A program made the position numbers and the translations under genes. The notes beneath the pieces are model-generated. The model was given only the letters and a program-made list of their open reading frames with translations. It searched no databases and had not been told where the DNA came from. From assembly GCA_964016885.1 (NCBI GenBank), contig OZ024740.1, positions 357,430,001 to 357,494,000 of the forward strand: a DNA stretch of 64,000 nt, read 5' to 3'. How positions within the stretch are numbered: position 1 is the stretch's first letter; each line of letters starts with the position of its first letter. Below, piece after piece: positions 48,810 to 63,241 of this stretch. Source of the DNA: Eledone cirrhosa. Lineage: Eukaryota.

Positions 48810-51800
48810 GGCTGCATTTCTGTTGTTTACCAGGATGAGAGATCAATTTTCAAGTGACTGAGCATTCCGCAGACACGTGTACCATGAGGGAGATTCAGTA
48901 GGATACAGTGTGACAAGATTTTCCCTTTGAATTACAAGTACAACTCATTTTTTTTTTTCTGTTGAGTAAAGTGAAGCAACATGAAATAAAGTATTTTGTT
49001 CAAGAAAATATGTCATTGGGCGTCAAATTCTTGAACTTATGATTATGAGCCAAACCTTCTAACAACTAAGTAACATTCCTTTATAGTAAACTATGTAAAT
49101 TATTCATAATATTCATAATATTCTGTGTTAAAAAACATGCAAATAAGGAAAACTAGAACATTGAGCTTGGCTCCATAGTATTGCTCTTTTTAAATGCTCA
49201 TGTATTAAACTACCTGTTGCTGACAAGTAAACACCGACAGATTTGATTTAATAGTGAAAATAATTTAGCTTTAATTGTCAGGGATTACATCGAAACTGAA
49301 ATTCAAGTCATGACGACCATTAGAACTGAGATATGAATTTGTTCACACTCTGATTAGGTGGGAAATTATTAGGATATAAGATAGTATGCCTCACTATATT
49401 TTTTCCAGGTGTTTAAGTTCAAACCCCAGTTGGGTTAACTTTGACTTTCAGCTTTGATAAATATAGTATTAAGGCAGCAAATTAACAGGGTCTTTACAAT
49501 GTTGGATTGCTTTGTAGTTCTGGCTCTCTGAGATCAAATCCCACCATGGTCAACTTTCCTTTTTATCTTTTCGAACCCAATAATAAAAGTACTAGTCCTG
49601 TACTGGAGTCAGTTTTTTCTTTACATCCCTTTCTTATTTCCCCCTTTTCTCCTTCTCTTGAAGAAATTAACTGTTCAGACCTAGTATAGGATAGGCTCTG
49701 CCAGGTTTAAAATGTCCAAGACACTTCATATATCAGTAGTTACTGGGCCATACCTACAAATATAGTATTAGAGAAATAAATTATGTTCCCTTGTTTTATT
49801 TTTTCTGCTCAAAATTTTACCTGTAATTCAATGATCACTGATTTTGCCTGAGAATTGTGTTATACCTTTTGTAACTGTATTACAAATGAATACCCTGTAT
49901 TTTGATAAATTAATAAAAAATTTGGAGGGATTTACTAAATTTATAAATAATTTCATTAAGATTGTATTTGTAACCAAAGGTTTTCATATAAAATTGTGTT
50001 TAAAAGTTTTAATTTATATAAGAACCTTTTAAAATGGGTAGCTTAGTTTGATAGAACCAGAGTTAGTTTTGGGTGGGTTGGTATCAAAAGATTAAAGGTA
50101 TCTATTGAATATTTCACCATTTACACTTTCATTCCACGAGTAAGAGACCATTTTATTACACAACTGAATGATAATTGGTGAGGAAGATGGAGAATCCCAC
50201 ACATTCTAATGTTGATGAGTTATATAAGAGCTACAGTGTATTAAAAGCTATACACTACCATAAGGGCCGGCTTTTAAAAATATTTTCCTTGATATAACTA
50301 TAACTGTACAGTTATAATAAGTCAGTACATGTATTGAGTGTGTGTGTGGAAGGAAAACAGAACTACTGGATCTCAGTGAATGCAGCTCTATATAAAGGCT
50401 ATGTATCTTTCTACATAGTTACGTAAACCTCATCTGTTATGGGTGATGTGAGTTTCAACCAATGAGTACTGGGTGACAATATTCATAGTGCCTAGACTAC
50501 ATATGTCGTAACCTTTTGCTGGCCATATTTCTAAAGAAATATACCCTATTTTAATTAACCAATAAAGGATTTTGGGGGAATGAGGGTACAAAAATTATCA
50601 ATTATGTCATTAAGATGCTATTTGTAACATAATATAACAAAAGGTTCTTATATTAAACTATGTTGGACAATTTTAATGTAATTAGGAACCCTATAATACG
50701 GGTGGTTTTGCTTCACAGAAACAAATGGGTTGGTGTCAAAAGGGTTAATTTACTATTTCCGAATCTTACAATTCTCTTAATTTTAAAGTTTTAATCTAAA
50801 CATTTCTTCCTTTCAGTATACTTCCACCTTTGAATGTACTCATTCACATTAGTAAGGCTACATCTTTGGTAGATGATGGTCTGTAGATTATTAACTTATA
50901 CAAAAGTAAATTTTCCTCACTAATGATCCTATAACTCCTTAGCAAATATTGTTAACTTTTTTCATTTCTGAACTGGCTGAGCAGTGTCCAAGAATAACAT
51001 AGATGAAACTGATAGCAATAAAAATCACAAAATTTGTGTTTCACCAGCTTCTTGTTCAAATTTTCTAAGCAGGACTAAATGCAGGTCTTAAAGTAATGAG
51101 ATTACAAGTTGAGCTTTTATTTTTGTTCAGGTGTTTGGACTGAAGAAATGTAGAAGGGAAGGAAATTTATCCATGGTTAAACCTCAAAGAGGATAAACCT
51201 AGGTGTAAATTATGTACAAATATAAGCAATTTGAATGGCAGATGTACTAAGTTTCATATTATAGAACTGATTGAAGTACATGCTTAAAGTCTGCCAGAAA
51301 AACATTTGTTGATCACAAACTAACAAAACCCCAACTGTTTCTTTAATTGCTGAATACAAAGATATTGGATGTGCTCTTTAAAAATATGACACCATAAATG
51401 CTTTTCATCTAAAAGCAAATCATTCAGTTTTTCCTCCTGTATATTATTTAGCTTGGAATGACAGATCATACTCTGATCCCTTTATTTTACTAGAATTTCA
51501 AAAGAAAAGTGGTATTGAAATAGGAATTGCTTTACATTGTTTCACAAGTAGAACAGAGATAATTAATCATATAGCCCCATCCCCCAGCCTCATTTATTTT
51601 CATTAATATGAAAGTGAAAAAATCTATCACAGCATATCAATGAGATAAATGACAAACTTTCTCTACTCAATGAGGAAATAACAAGCCTGGGCATGAAGAC
51701 CACCTTTATACTTTATTTGAAATGTAAAAGTGATAAAGAAGGTTATCTACATTTTATATTTATAGAGTTAATTGAATTATCTAATCAATAAGCTGCTCTT

Positions 51801-54539
51801 TTCTCTGTAATAAATGCCTTCAGAGATCATGTGGAGGATCATGGACACTGCACTCCCCAGAAGATTTACATCCATTAGTTCTGCTGAGTGTAAAAGAGGA
51901 TTCAGTTAGATAGACATTATCATAAAAACATGTTTAAAAATTCTCATAAATTAAGTATCATTTATACTTGTTAATCATATGGATACCAAGCCACCTGAAA
52001 CCACCCTGGTTTTATAAAACAAAACTTCCCATTTTGAAATATTCATATTTGTATTAAAAACTTCCCTCTGTAGATTTTTAAAAGAAATTCGAAAGTAATG
52101 TTCCAAACAAAAGCTTAATAATGAAAAGGTTATTATCAAATTCCTCCAAATGTTTTTATGATTTTCAAAATTTATTGAAACACATAAGTAGTGTTTTTCA
52201 CTGGAAATACAGTGATGAAAGGGTTAAACACATGAACAGTTTCTAGTTCAGTGAAATCCTGAACCATATGTCATATCATGGCCAAGACACCACAGATCAA
52301 CAGATGACACCAGGACAACAATTGTTTCAGAATTCCACCCATCAAACACAAATTACACTTGACCCTTTGTGGAAATTATTGGGATATTTCTCATTGATGG
52401 CATTTGGTAATTGCTTTTAAGTTGGTAAAATATATGACTATCATGCTTTCCTCTATTTGAATGATAATTATATTTGTTGATAATTAGTGAGTGCAAGCTG
52501 CATTATTCAACTATGCAACTCTTTGTCATATAATTAACTGAAATATTATGTTATTTTTTATTGTAACATTTATACACGGGAAAATAGTGATAGTCTATAT
52601 AATTTTGTTAATGTTTTAACTATCATTGATAGTTGGGTGTGACATATATAAAAAAAAAAAAGGATATAGGAAATTACATGCATTTTGATAGCTGCAGCAC
52701 CTAAAAAAATAATACTGCACCCCTTTATGTGTAGGTTTTATAAGTTAATGAAGATTTGCATTGCTCTCAATAATTTTAAAGCAATGCTTCTGAGGCTGAG
52801 ATATATAAATATTTCTAAAGAGAGTTGCAGGCTTTAACTTGCCATATATACTTGAATATATGCTGCAAAGTATGTGACAAAAAATCGATGGTAAAATGGG
52901 GGTCAGCATATATCTGAGGTCAACACTCTGATTTTTACCAACTTCAAGTTCTACATAAATAAAGTGCTAAAATATCTGGAGTAATTATTTTACAACGAAC
53001 CACTGTTTTCTACATTTACATCATCATTAGTATTAGTTATGCATTCACATGAAAATATTTCCAACAAATGTTCGTAATTTGATATGAAAAAGATTAACCA
53101 AAATTAAAACAAAATTTATCAGGATTGTGTCTGATCTCTTGCAATACAATGTCTACTCTTGGCATATTTCAACTGTATTAGACCTTATCAGTTAATGAAC
53201 GCTGTATAATGTTATAAATGGAAAAAGTAACTTAAAGAGAGGTAAGTAGAGACAACTGCTGCATGAAGAAAAATTTATAAAATACACAATGCAGTGCACT
53301 AAGAAATATTTCCTAAATTAAAATAATTGAGCATTGGATAGTATATTCTTTGGGGTTTGATCCAGCTTTCTTGATTCTGAGTTCAAATGAGGTAAACATT
53401 GTGATTTGTTATATTGGGTTTGATAAATAAAATACCAGTCCAGTGTAGCAAGCATCAAGTGGAGTGCCTTGTGGTATAGGTTCTAGCTTTTTGCTGTGCT
53501 TCTTAAAAAACAACCCACCTTGGCCTACATCTTGAGAAGGAACTTTCCCGAGGCAGATCCATGGTCTCACAAGACAAGAAAAAGCTTGGGATAAATGGAG
53601 GGAAAATGATGGACTAAGAATGATATCACAGTAGTATTATGGTGCATTATGAATATATCTAGATCTTTGCAAGTGTTTGGACATTTAATATGATCCACTT
53701 AAATTAGAATAGACTTCTACCCTGGGAAAATGCTCAAAATTTAGCTCCCATGGCTTGTCCTCTAATGTGTTCCCCCTTCTCCCAGTTATGCGCCCCATCC
53801 CCCCAATCCCCAAAAAATGTTTTCAACTTACAGTTTGGCAATCTAACAAACCTAGTTTTTGACACTTCTTTCTCTGATCACACTAAGAAAATTACTACAT
53901 CTGCATTTTCTACTACACAGCCCAGAGTTCACACTCACCCATACCAAATCGTGTTACAGGTCATAACACCATATGAGCCTCTCCACTGCTTTGGCGATTT
54001 CTGCAATGCTGCTACATGATAAAGGGGTTCAGTGATTTATTTATGAATTAAAGTAAATTATTATATATCTAAGTTAAGTACACACATTGATATACATCAG
54101 TGATCTTGAAGTTTCAGTAATGCACTTCTCTGAAGCCTGTGCTCTATGGGCGCTGCCTGGTGGCCTAATGACAGCAACATCCCAGCTTCTACCACAAAAT
54201 GTATGCTTCAAACATTTTCAGGGATCTTTAAATTTAAGTGTTTTGGTTTTTCTTGGTTAGAAAATAGTTTAAACTGAAGGCTATAAGTTAAATTTGAGCC
54301 TATTTATAAAGTGTATGGCATGTATGTAAATGACAGTGGGATATCTTTTTAAAGAGTGCAAAAAATGTAAAATAGGTAGGCATAGTGCCAAAGCCACCTC
54401 CTCCCCTTTGGTCATGGATGATCGAGTGTTTTGAAACTAGAAAGTTCCCCTCTCTGAGGCACAAGCCTCAGCATGGTATTTTTGTGGACGATCAGCAGTC
54501 ACCCATACATGCCAATATCTCCTCTCCATGCTACCGATG

Positions 54540-54735
54540 CCGTCCAAGAAAAAAAACAAAGACCGATATAGTTTGACACCAATAACGTCACAACTCATTT
54601 ATTCAGCTGACCAAACTGGAGCAATGTGAAATAATGTGTTTTACTCAGGGACACAATACACCACCTGGTTCGGAAATTGAACTCACAACTTCAAAATTGT
54701 GAACCTAACACTAACCACTAAGCCACATGCCTTCG
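54540..54735 (-). mobile_element. CORE-like SINE (another at 57110-57299)
   Basis: Reverse complement of GG(C/T)ATGTGGCTTAGTGGTTAG...GAGTTCAATT...TTTCACATTGCTCCAG. Confidence 0.75.
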
Positions 54736-54979
54736 CAGATATAGTGTAGAATATATATAATTTCGCCAACTTAATGCCACATCAACTGAAAATATTAATT
54801 TCTAAACATATTTTCCAATTATCACTAATATGTTAATTGAGGGGCATTTTCAATGACAAGATTTGTGTAAGCTATTTCCTTTTATAGCTGTATGTGCCAT
54901 AGGGTATTCCACCAGTTTACATGAACACATACACACTCAAACATACAAATCTATATGTATGCATATGTGTGCCTGTATG

Positions 54980-55125
<146 letters not shown>

Positions 55126-55136
55126 GTGTGTGTGTG

Positions 55137-55609
55137 TGTAACGAAGGGTATTAGTAGTAGTTGTTAGATGAAATAACAAGAATAGCTGATTTACTTTATA
55201 TATAAAAAGGTTTACTTCACTTCAGTCAAAAAGAACAATAAACAAGTTACCACGAGTTGCGAAGGTTGACGATGTTATTTTGTTGTTGGTTCATGAGGCT
55301 GGTGTAGTTTGAGACCAGGAGAGAGAGAGAGTAATGGTCTGTAGTTGTCTGTAGACCTCAGCGGCCTGTAGGCAGAGGTGAATCTTTACATAGCTTGTCT
55401 ATAGCGTACTGCTCCGATCTCTCTGTCCTGGTCTCAAACTACACCAGCCTCATGAACCAACAACAAAATAACATCGTCAACCTTCGCAACTCGTGGTAAC
55501 TTGTTTATTGTTACTTTTGACTGAAGTGAAGTAAACCTTTTTATATATAAAGTAAAGCTGCTATTCTTGTTATTTCATCTAACAACTACTACTAATACCC
55601 TCCTTTACA
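55137..55609 (+). mobile_element. LTR (TGTAA...TTACA) with ~190 bp terminal inverted arms
   Basis: 55137-55328 is a near-perfect reverse complement of 55417-55609. It is immediately followed by a PBS. Confidence 0.85.
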
Positions 55610-55610
55610 T

Positions 55611-55628
55611 TGGTGACCCCGACGTGAT
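55611..55628 (+). other. tRNA-Trp primer-binding site
   Basis: TGGTGACCCCGACGTGAT is 18-nt complementary to the 3' end of tRNA-Trp (same PBS as avian leukosis/sarcoma viruses). Confidence 0.9.
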
Positions 55629-55795
55629 TGAATTCTCTCTCTCTTGGTACTGGCTATTTATATCCCTGGCTTCCTGTCCCCTGCCTCGAGGGATCGGCCA
55701 CGCATCAACTTGTTTAAGCCAAAAGGGTTATGACCTAGAATTTGACTTTTAGGTGTCACTCAGGGTTCGAGGTGTGGACAGGTTTCGCTATTCGC

Positions 55796-55840
<45 letters not shown>

Positions 55841-55940
55841 TTCCCGTATGAGCAAGACAAAGTCCCCCAACCTAACATAACCCACAACAGGACAACCCAT
55901 CTAACCCATGGTAGCGTGGAAGAATGGACGTAAAACGGTG

Positions 55941-55976
<36 letters not shown>

Positions 55977-57884
55977 CACTTAACTCTTCACGGAATCCTA
56001 GTGGACCCATCATGACATAAACCTGGCAAAGTTGAGCTCAGTGGAATTTGAACTCAGAGTGCCGAGATCTGGAAGAAATACCATAGATTCTATCCAATAT
56101 TTTATCGACACTGCCAATTCGCCTTATATATGCAAATATGACCGTTGATTTCTCAAACCCGTAAACAAAATACTCGGAAAATACTGTAAACCTTACTACT
56201 GACTTGCACTCATAAATTCAGCTAAACCAACACCTAATCCAAGTCCCTAAATTCTGTAAACCAAACACCAGCCACAGGAAAACATGTTATAAAACTTCTG
56301 CTGTAATAAAATAAATAAATTCTACTAAATAAAAGGCGCTGCTTCACCCTTTCCTTGCGTCTCTGACTTTTGTTCAACCAAATTCACGTACATATCATTA
56401 GTAAACCCTATGTTATAGTAGAAAATACACAAGGTGTCACCCATTAGGATCGAATCTAAAACCACGAACTTGTGAATTGAATTTCTTAAACACTTGGCCA
56501 TTACAAGGATCTTTTTTTTTATGCTGTTCATCTTTTAGTATTTTCTTCAATGAAACTTTATATGATCAGATATATTTTAATATTTAGCAGAAACCTAGGG
56601 TGGTTAATTTGTAGAGTTTCCGATAATTCGTCATTGCAGTATTTGTTCTGGCTCTTTACATACGAAGTTCAAATCCCACTAAGATCATCTTTGCCTTTCG
56701 TAATTCCAGAGTTGATAATATAATGTGAAATTCAAGTGCGGGGGGTGAGTTAATCAACTTTGCCCTTCCTCCAGCTTTTCTGGCCTTGTACGTAAATTAG
56801 AGATAAATATTTAGCAGAAACCGTAGAACAACACATTGAATTTTTACAGCATTTATGGTCGTGGAAGTAAGTTCTAGTTATATGCTAGGCTGGATACAAT
56901 TGACAATCTCTTTTCCTACAATATATGACTGTGTCAATGTGAAATAATCGTTTCTGATTTAGGCACAAGGCCAACTATTTTGAGGGAGGGGTAAATCGAT
57001 TAAATCGATCCCAATACTTTATCTTATCAATCCCGTAATTCTCAAAGGGAAAGCTAACATCAGCGGGATTTGAACCGGTGCTTATTCAGTTTCATGGCGA
57101 CAGAGAGTACAAGACAGGAGGCCAGTCCATCGCATTGTTAAACCCCCAGCTATTGCTGGTACACATTTTCAGCTGTGTATGCTGGAGCAACATGAAATTG
57201 AGTATTTTGCTCAAGAACACAACACGCAACCCAGCCCAGGAATCGAACCCACATTATGATCGTAAGTCCAACACACTTACCACTAGGCCACGCGCCTCTA
57301 AATTAGTGCTGAATTAAATGTCTGGATTTATTTTGTTTCATCCTTGTGAGTTCAAATCCATCTTATGTTAGCTCTGGCTTTCATATGTTGATGAAACAAT
57401 TAACAGTAAACCTACAATTCACCGAATTACATTTAATCGTCTATATATCTTCTTGAAGTAAAACTATAACCCATCAAATAACAGCAAACTCGAAGAAAGC
57501 TGGAGAGAAGAGCATTATGAATAAATACATTTTCATATTATTTTCCGGCATAGAAAACAAGTATATACAGGATGGGTCGTTGATGACTTTGCATGAGATC
57601 AACCCAAATAACCAGTCTTCCGGTTCTTCATTTAAATATTCATTATATGAGATAGAAACAATTATATGAGGAAATGTGATTGAAATATTTTGTGCCAGAG
57701 CGATATTTATAGAATGTTATACGCAGAGAGCTTCATGGAAATTGTGGTGCACAGGCATTTAAACCGTATTCGTAAAGAATTAATATTCTAGTGTTTATGT
57801 TAATGTTCAGTTGACCCCTGCTTTTGCAATTCTAAATCTAATTTTGTGCAGTAAGTTTACGTTTTGTGTCAAATACTATATGCG

Positions 57885-58020
57885 CTTACTCCAGGAAAAA
57901 TACCAGGAGCAGTACATTAACCTATTTGTGACGTTCGTCGATTTAACTAAGGCAGAGATGGCCTATGGAAAATAATGGAGAAGTTGGGCTGCCCTAGTAA
58001 CTTCATCACGGTTGTTCGAC
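57885..58020 (+). pseudogene. Short RTE (BovB/AviRTE-like) RT fragment
   Basis: LQEKYQEQYINLFVTFVDLTKA..GLWKIMEKLGCP. Confidence 0.7.
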
Positions 58021-58272
58021 TTATAAAAAATGCTAAAAATGACCATAACAAATTCTTCTCAGATTTAGAGAATATCAAATACTTGGTTATGGTAGCTACC
58101 CCAAAGATTTGTGCAGGTCAAAAGTTTCCGTAAAATAAACCTGTTGTATTCCTTAAGAATATAACGATTGACAAATAATGTATTTAGAATTATGCATATG
58201 AACAAGCATTGCTTCATTTTGATAGTCATCTTGACAATTTAATTGACCCATACAATATTAAACTTGCTCCAC

Positions 58273-58315
<43 letters not shown>

Positions 58316-58562
58316 GTATGTATGTGTGTGTGCGTGTGTGTTTTTATATGAGGAACCTACCAAACTTGAACTGACCCGGGCCCTCCAAAGTCTAAATCTG
58401 GCCATGTGTATGTGCATATGTACGTTTATATGTATGTGTGTATGTATACTTGCATGCACTTACACACACACATACACACACATATAACGGGCTTCAGCAT
58501 AGTTTCCGTCTTTCACATTCTGCGATGCTACAGAATTTTTGCATGTGAAACATGTATACACT

Positions 58563-58996
58563 TTTAGAATGTTAGTATCAGTGTATATATATTATCAAGA
58601 ATTACAATAAATGCAGGTGAGTGTTGTGACATGGTTTTACTTCACAGAAGTCAAATAAATTAATATAAATAATTGTTACCACATGTTGATGGTCAGTTAG
58701 TCACAACTCCCAGACTGGAGTGTGTAGAGAAGAACAGAAATCTTCTCTTGGTAAGGTTCAAGTGTTTTTTTAGGCTGTCGGCGCAGGAAGCGAGACAGGA
58801 GTCGTCTCTTGACAAGGTCTGATGTGTTCTTCTTGTTGCGGCGAAAGTGAGAGTGATGCCTTGATGTTCTCAAATATATAGTCCCCAGGGGGACGCAACA
58901 CCATTTAGTACATGGATCTGCCACTGGGAGTCGCGACCGTCACAAAGGGACGCAACTCCTATACGTGCTGAGTTACAGCCGTAAGGGGCCGCTACA
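58563..58996 (-). repeat. 3' LTR of Gypsy element
   Basis: Direct repeat of 63242-63726, preceded by the PPT. Confidence 0.93.
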
Positions 58997-59182
58997 GTAC
59001 CCTCCTCCAGACGCTAGGCGAAAAGCCCGAAGGTAACTGTAGCGAACCCACAAGCATGGGCTCCCAGCGCAGGCATGAAATGGTAACGAAAAGGTACATG
59101 TATAAATCAGGCATGAAATAGTAACGAAAAGGTACATGGTAATACAATAAAGAGAAAAACAAAGAAGGCTCCAGTGGTCAGT

Positions 59183-61911
59183 TCACATGAAAACAGTTTG
59201 GCAGAGTTTTGGGGGCCAGTGGACTCTTTGACCGGAACGGGTCGCGGTCTTATATGTAGGTGAAGGTGGGGAAGAAGGAGCAGGTGTATGCACAAGAGAG
59301 AAAGAATGGGGTATTTGTGACTCGGGTGTATGAGCGTCATTGTATACCCTTTTTAGTCTATCCACCGAAATTGTCTCTCTGGACCCCTTAATGTCTACTG
59401 TGAAATGTTTGTCAGTACGTGCTAACACACGGTAGGGTCCAGAGTGCGGTTTTGTGAAGGGTGGAGTAACCGCATCGTTTCTGACGAATACATGTGTCCA
59501 CGAGGCAATATCCCTCGGGACTGCAGCTTTAATAGTTTGTTTCCTAGTATTAATGGGCGGTAAGTCCTGAAAATAGGAGCGCAAACGAGATACGTAGGAA
59601 ACAGGGTCCTGGAAAGCAAGATCAACAGGGGCAAGCATTTGCCCAGCAAACGCTAGAGGAGCACCATACAGTAATTCGGCCGGGGAGAACCCAAGGTCCT
59701 CCTTTATTGATGACCGAATTCCTAACAACACAATAGGAAGGTACTCGCTCCAACGTTGAGAGTCGGGATAGGCGCGAAGAGCGGCCTTTAATTGGCGGTG
59801 GAATCGTTCCACTATTCCGTTTGAAGCAGGATGATAAGCTGTGGTCCGAATCCGTTGAACGCCAATGATCTTTGTGAGCTCAGAGAAAAGATGAGACTCA
59901 AATTGTCTACCACGGTCTGTGGTGACTGTAGTTGGTACCCCAAAGTGGGTAATCCACCCTGATACCAGGGCACGCGCTACAGTCTCGTGGTGAATCCGTA
60001 GATACATCACATAGAATCTGCCTGTCGGTGGTCGACAATGGCAGATATTTGAAGATGCAAGTCGCAAATTCGGCAGAAAGAGTATCCAACGATTGGAGTG
60101 CAGGTTGGTCTGCAGCTAAACGACTTAAGTCGATCACCTGGGATGACGAGATGAAGCTGATTGGCAAACGTGACAATGCGTCTGCAGCTATGTTATGCGA
60201 GCCAGCAATGTGCTGGATATCATTTGTAAATTGCGAAACGTAATCCAGGTGCCTTGTCTCTCTGGGCGAATATCTGTCGGCTTTAGCCCTCAAAGCGAAG
60301 GTCAGAGGTTTGTGGTCGGTTAAAACAGTAAAATTTCTCCCCTCAAGAATATGAGAGAAATGTTTCACCGACAGATATATGGCTAATAATTCCAGCACAA
60401 ACGTGCTGTAACGCGTTTCTGCTGGTTTCAGCTTCCTTGAGAAAGATGCCAAAGGTTGTTGGTTTCCAGCGTTGTACTGCTGTAAAACTGCTCCCACAGC
60501 GGTATCAGATGCATCAACACAAAGCGAAAGCTTGGCCTCTGGTACCGGGTGGGCTAGCAAAGATGAACTAGCGAGTGCTGTCTTGGCAGTCTGGAAGTCT
60601 TGAAGCTGTCCTTGTATAAAGGAAATATCCTCATTCTTCTTACGACGATTTTTCAAAATTTCAGTAAGGGAAAATAGCAAATTAGCACAATGAGGAACGA
60701 AACACCTATAGAAATTGATTAGGCAACTGGTGAAGTGTAGTAGGCGGAGGTAAATCCTGTATGGCTTCGTTGTTGATGAGGTGGCCTAAAAAATTTAGCG
60801 AAGTGGAACCGAAAACACATTTTGCGGGATTCACACGAACGCGGTAATCCTGAAGTCGCCGAAATAAGAGATGCATGTGGCGCATATGCTCTTCCGGAGA
60901 GGAACTAGCGACCAGAATATCGTCTATATAAGCATAAACGAAGCCCAGACCACGAGTGACTTCATCTATGAACCGCTGAAAAGTGCTAGCGGCGTTCCTG
61001 AGTCCGAAAGGCATGGTCAAAAATTCGAAGGATCCGAAAGGAGTTGTAATCGCCGTTTTCGGAATATCCTCCTTCCTGACCGGAATTTGGTGGTAGGCTC
61101 GCACTAAATCTAGTTTTGAGAAAATCTTACACCCCTGCAATGAAGATGCGAAATCCTGGAGATGAGGAATGGGATACCTATCCGGGACGGTCATAGCATT
61201 TAACCTCCTATAATTCCCAGTGGGTCTCCAGTCGCCGGAAGTCTTGGGCACCATGTGTAACGGTGAAGCCCAAGTACTCGTAGATGGGCGAATAATGTCC
61301 AGCTGCAGCATATGGTCGAACTCGGACCGTGTGGCCTTTAATTTGTCCGCCGGTAAGCGGCGTTTTCGCGAAAACATTGGAGTACCGGTGGTGGAAATGA
61401 AATGTTCAGTTGAGTGTGTTGGCTCAGTGACTCGAAAATTTCCATCGGTGAGCTCCGGGAAAGAACCTAACAACGAATGGTAGGCGTCTCTAGCGGCAGC
61501 GATGAAGAATATGGGGCTGACTGTTGGAGCATTGGCTTTCCGGCCACGAATTGAAAAACCGGTGATGTCATCCACCAGACGTTGGCCACGGACGTCCACA
61601 GTCAAAGAGAAGTTGTGGAGGAAATCCGCTCCTAAGATAGGGTATGGCAAATCGGTAACCGTAAAAATCCACTTAAAATCCCTACGAAGATTTAGGAATT
61701 TGAGAGGAAGCGAGATTTGTCCGTACGTCTTTATAGACGAGTGATTAACGGCCTGCAGAGTAACGGATGACTCCACTCTATCTTTCAGGCAATGGACCGG
61801 CCAAATACTACAGGAGGCTCCTGTATCCCCGAGGAAACCTCTTCCCGACATAAGGTCCTTAATGAAGAAATGGTGGTTTGGTGGCTTTATGTTGAGGTCA
61901 ACTGCCCCCAT
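59183..61911 (-). pseudogene. Gypsy pol (protease, RT, RNase H, integrase) with frameshifts and deletions
   Basis: [85 protein letters not shown]. The integrase HHCC and first Asp region is missing at ~59985. Confidence 0.93.
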
Positions 61912-62674
61912 CAGCGGACCTCTTTCGCGTTTCCCGCCTTATGAAACGAGCAAGGTTGCACGCAGTGGTTCGCGCTCTGGGCAAATCGCTCATGGTACCA
62001 GCATAAAGATGAAGCTAGTGACCTGGGGCGGCGTCTAAAAGATTGAGATCTCGTACGGGTACCACACCAGACCTTCATCTTCTGGAGCTCCAGGGTGAGT
62101 TCCTGAATGGCCCTCTGTAGGAGCTGCCGCGCAGATGGCATGGCCAGCTGTGGTCTGAGCTGGTTGGGAAACAGCGGCAAGGGCTTCGCTGCCTCCAGCA
62201 CCCGTAACTTCGAAAACTTTTTCCGCAGAGGCGGCAAGCTGATCCACCGTGCAAGTATCCCTAATGGGGGCCAAAGTTTCCTGTACGTTGGTCGGTAGGT
62301 GCGAGAAGAACAACTGCTTCAGCATGGCAGTTTCCGCTACCGACCCCTCCGTTAAGTCCTTCATTCGCCTTAGGAGGTTCGATGGGGTGCCATCACCGAT
62401 ATGCTCCAGATGGACCAGAGCCCTAAATGTTTTTTTCTGCGGACTGTGCAGTCCTGCTGAGTATTTCAGCCTTCAGAGACTTGTACATCGCGTCGGTGGG
62501 TGTCTCTAACACCAGGTCCTTAATCGCTGGGATAAGTGCCGGCGGAATTGCACTAAGGACCAGAGGACGTTGTTGTGCCTCATCAATTCTGTTCGCCTCG
62601 AAAAATGCTTCAAGTTGGGCGAACCATAACCTTACGTCGCCCGTGTACATAGGTAGAACAGAATGAGATGCCAT
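61911..62674 (-). pseudogene. Gypsy gag (two frameshifts)
   Basis: MASHSVLPMYTGDVRLWFAQLEAFF..., HIGDGTPS.LL..M, CWYH.RF...A..C..PC knuckle. Confidence 0.88.
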
Positions 62675-63241
62675 TGGTATACCGTAGGTAATTTGAAAAA
62701 AAAAAAAAAATCGTCTCCGTTTGAAAAAATGTCTCCAACACAAGGGAAAAGGAAAACAAAATCGTTTGTTTTTCTCTGTCAAACAACTGGACAGGAAAAA
62801 GAATGCATCCGAGACAATATGCAAAGGAGCGACTAACCGAGCGATGTCATTAATAAGGTATAGGCAGGGAATTTAAAACTAAAACCAACATGGCGGACTA
62901 TTTCGCGCCAAAAACACTATTGATGGAGAAGAAAGCCGTCACCTTGTCATCCTCCAAAATTTTAGCCAGAGAAAAGAAGAAAAGAAGAAAAGGAGAAAAA
63001 AAAATCATTCATACAATTGCTGTTTGTTTGTGTGTAAATACTTTGGATGTTCGTTTTGCACATATGAAGAGTTTGATGTTAAGTGTTACAGAGAAATATG
63101 TTTAGATCGGTCAATACAGCCATATCAGAATCAAGTGTGTTGTTCTGTATTAAATGTTTTTTTTTCTTCTCTTTTTTTTTTATATACACATGGTACCATT
63201 TGCCATTCTTTTTTTTTTTTTTTTAAACGTCAGGTCACCAA

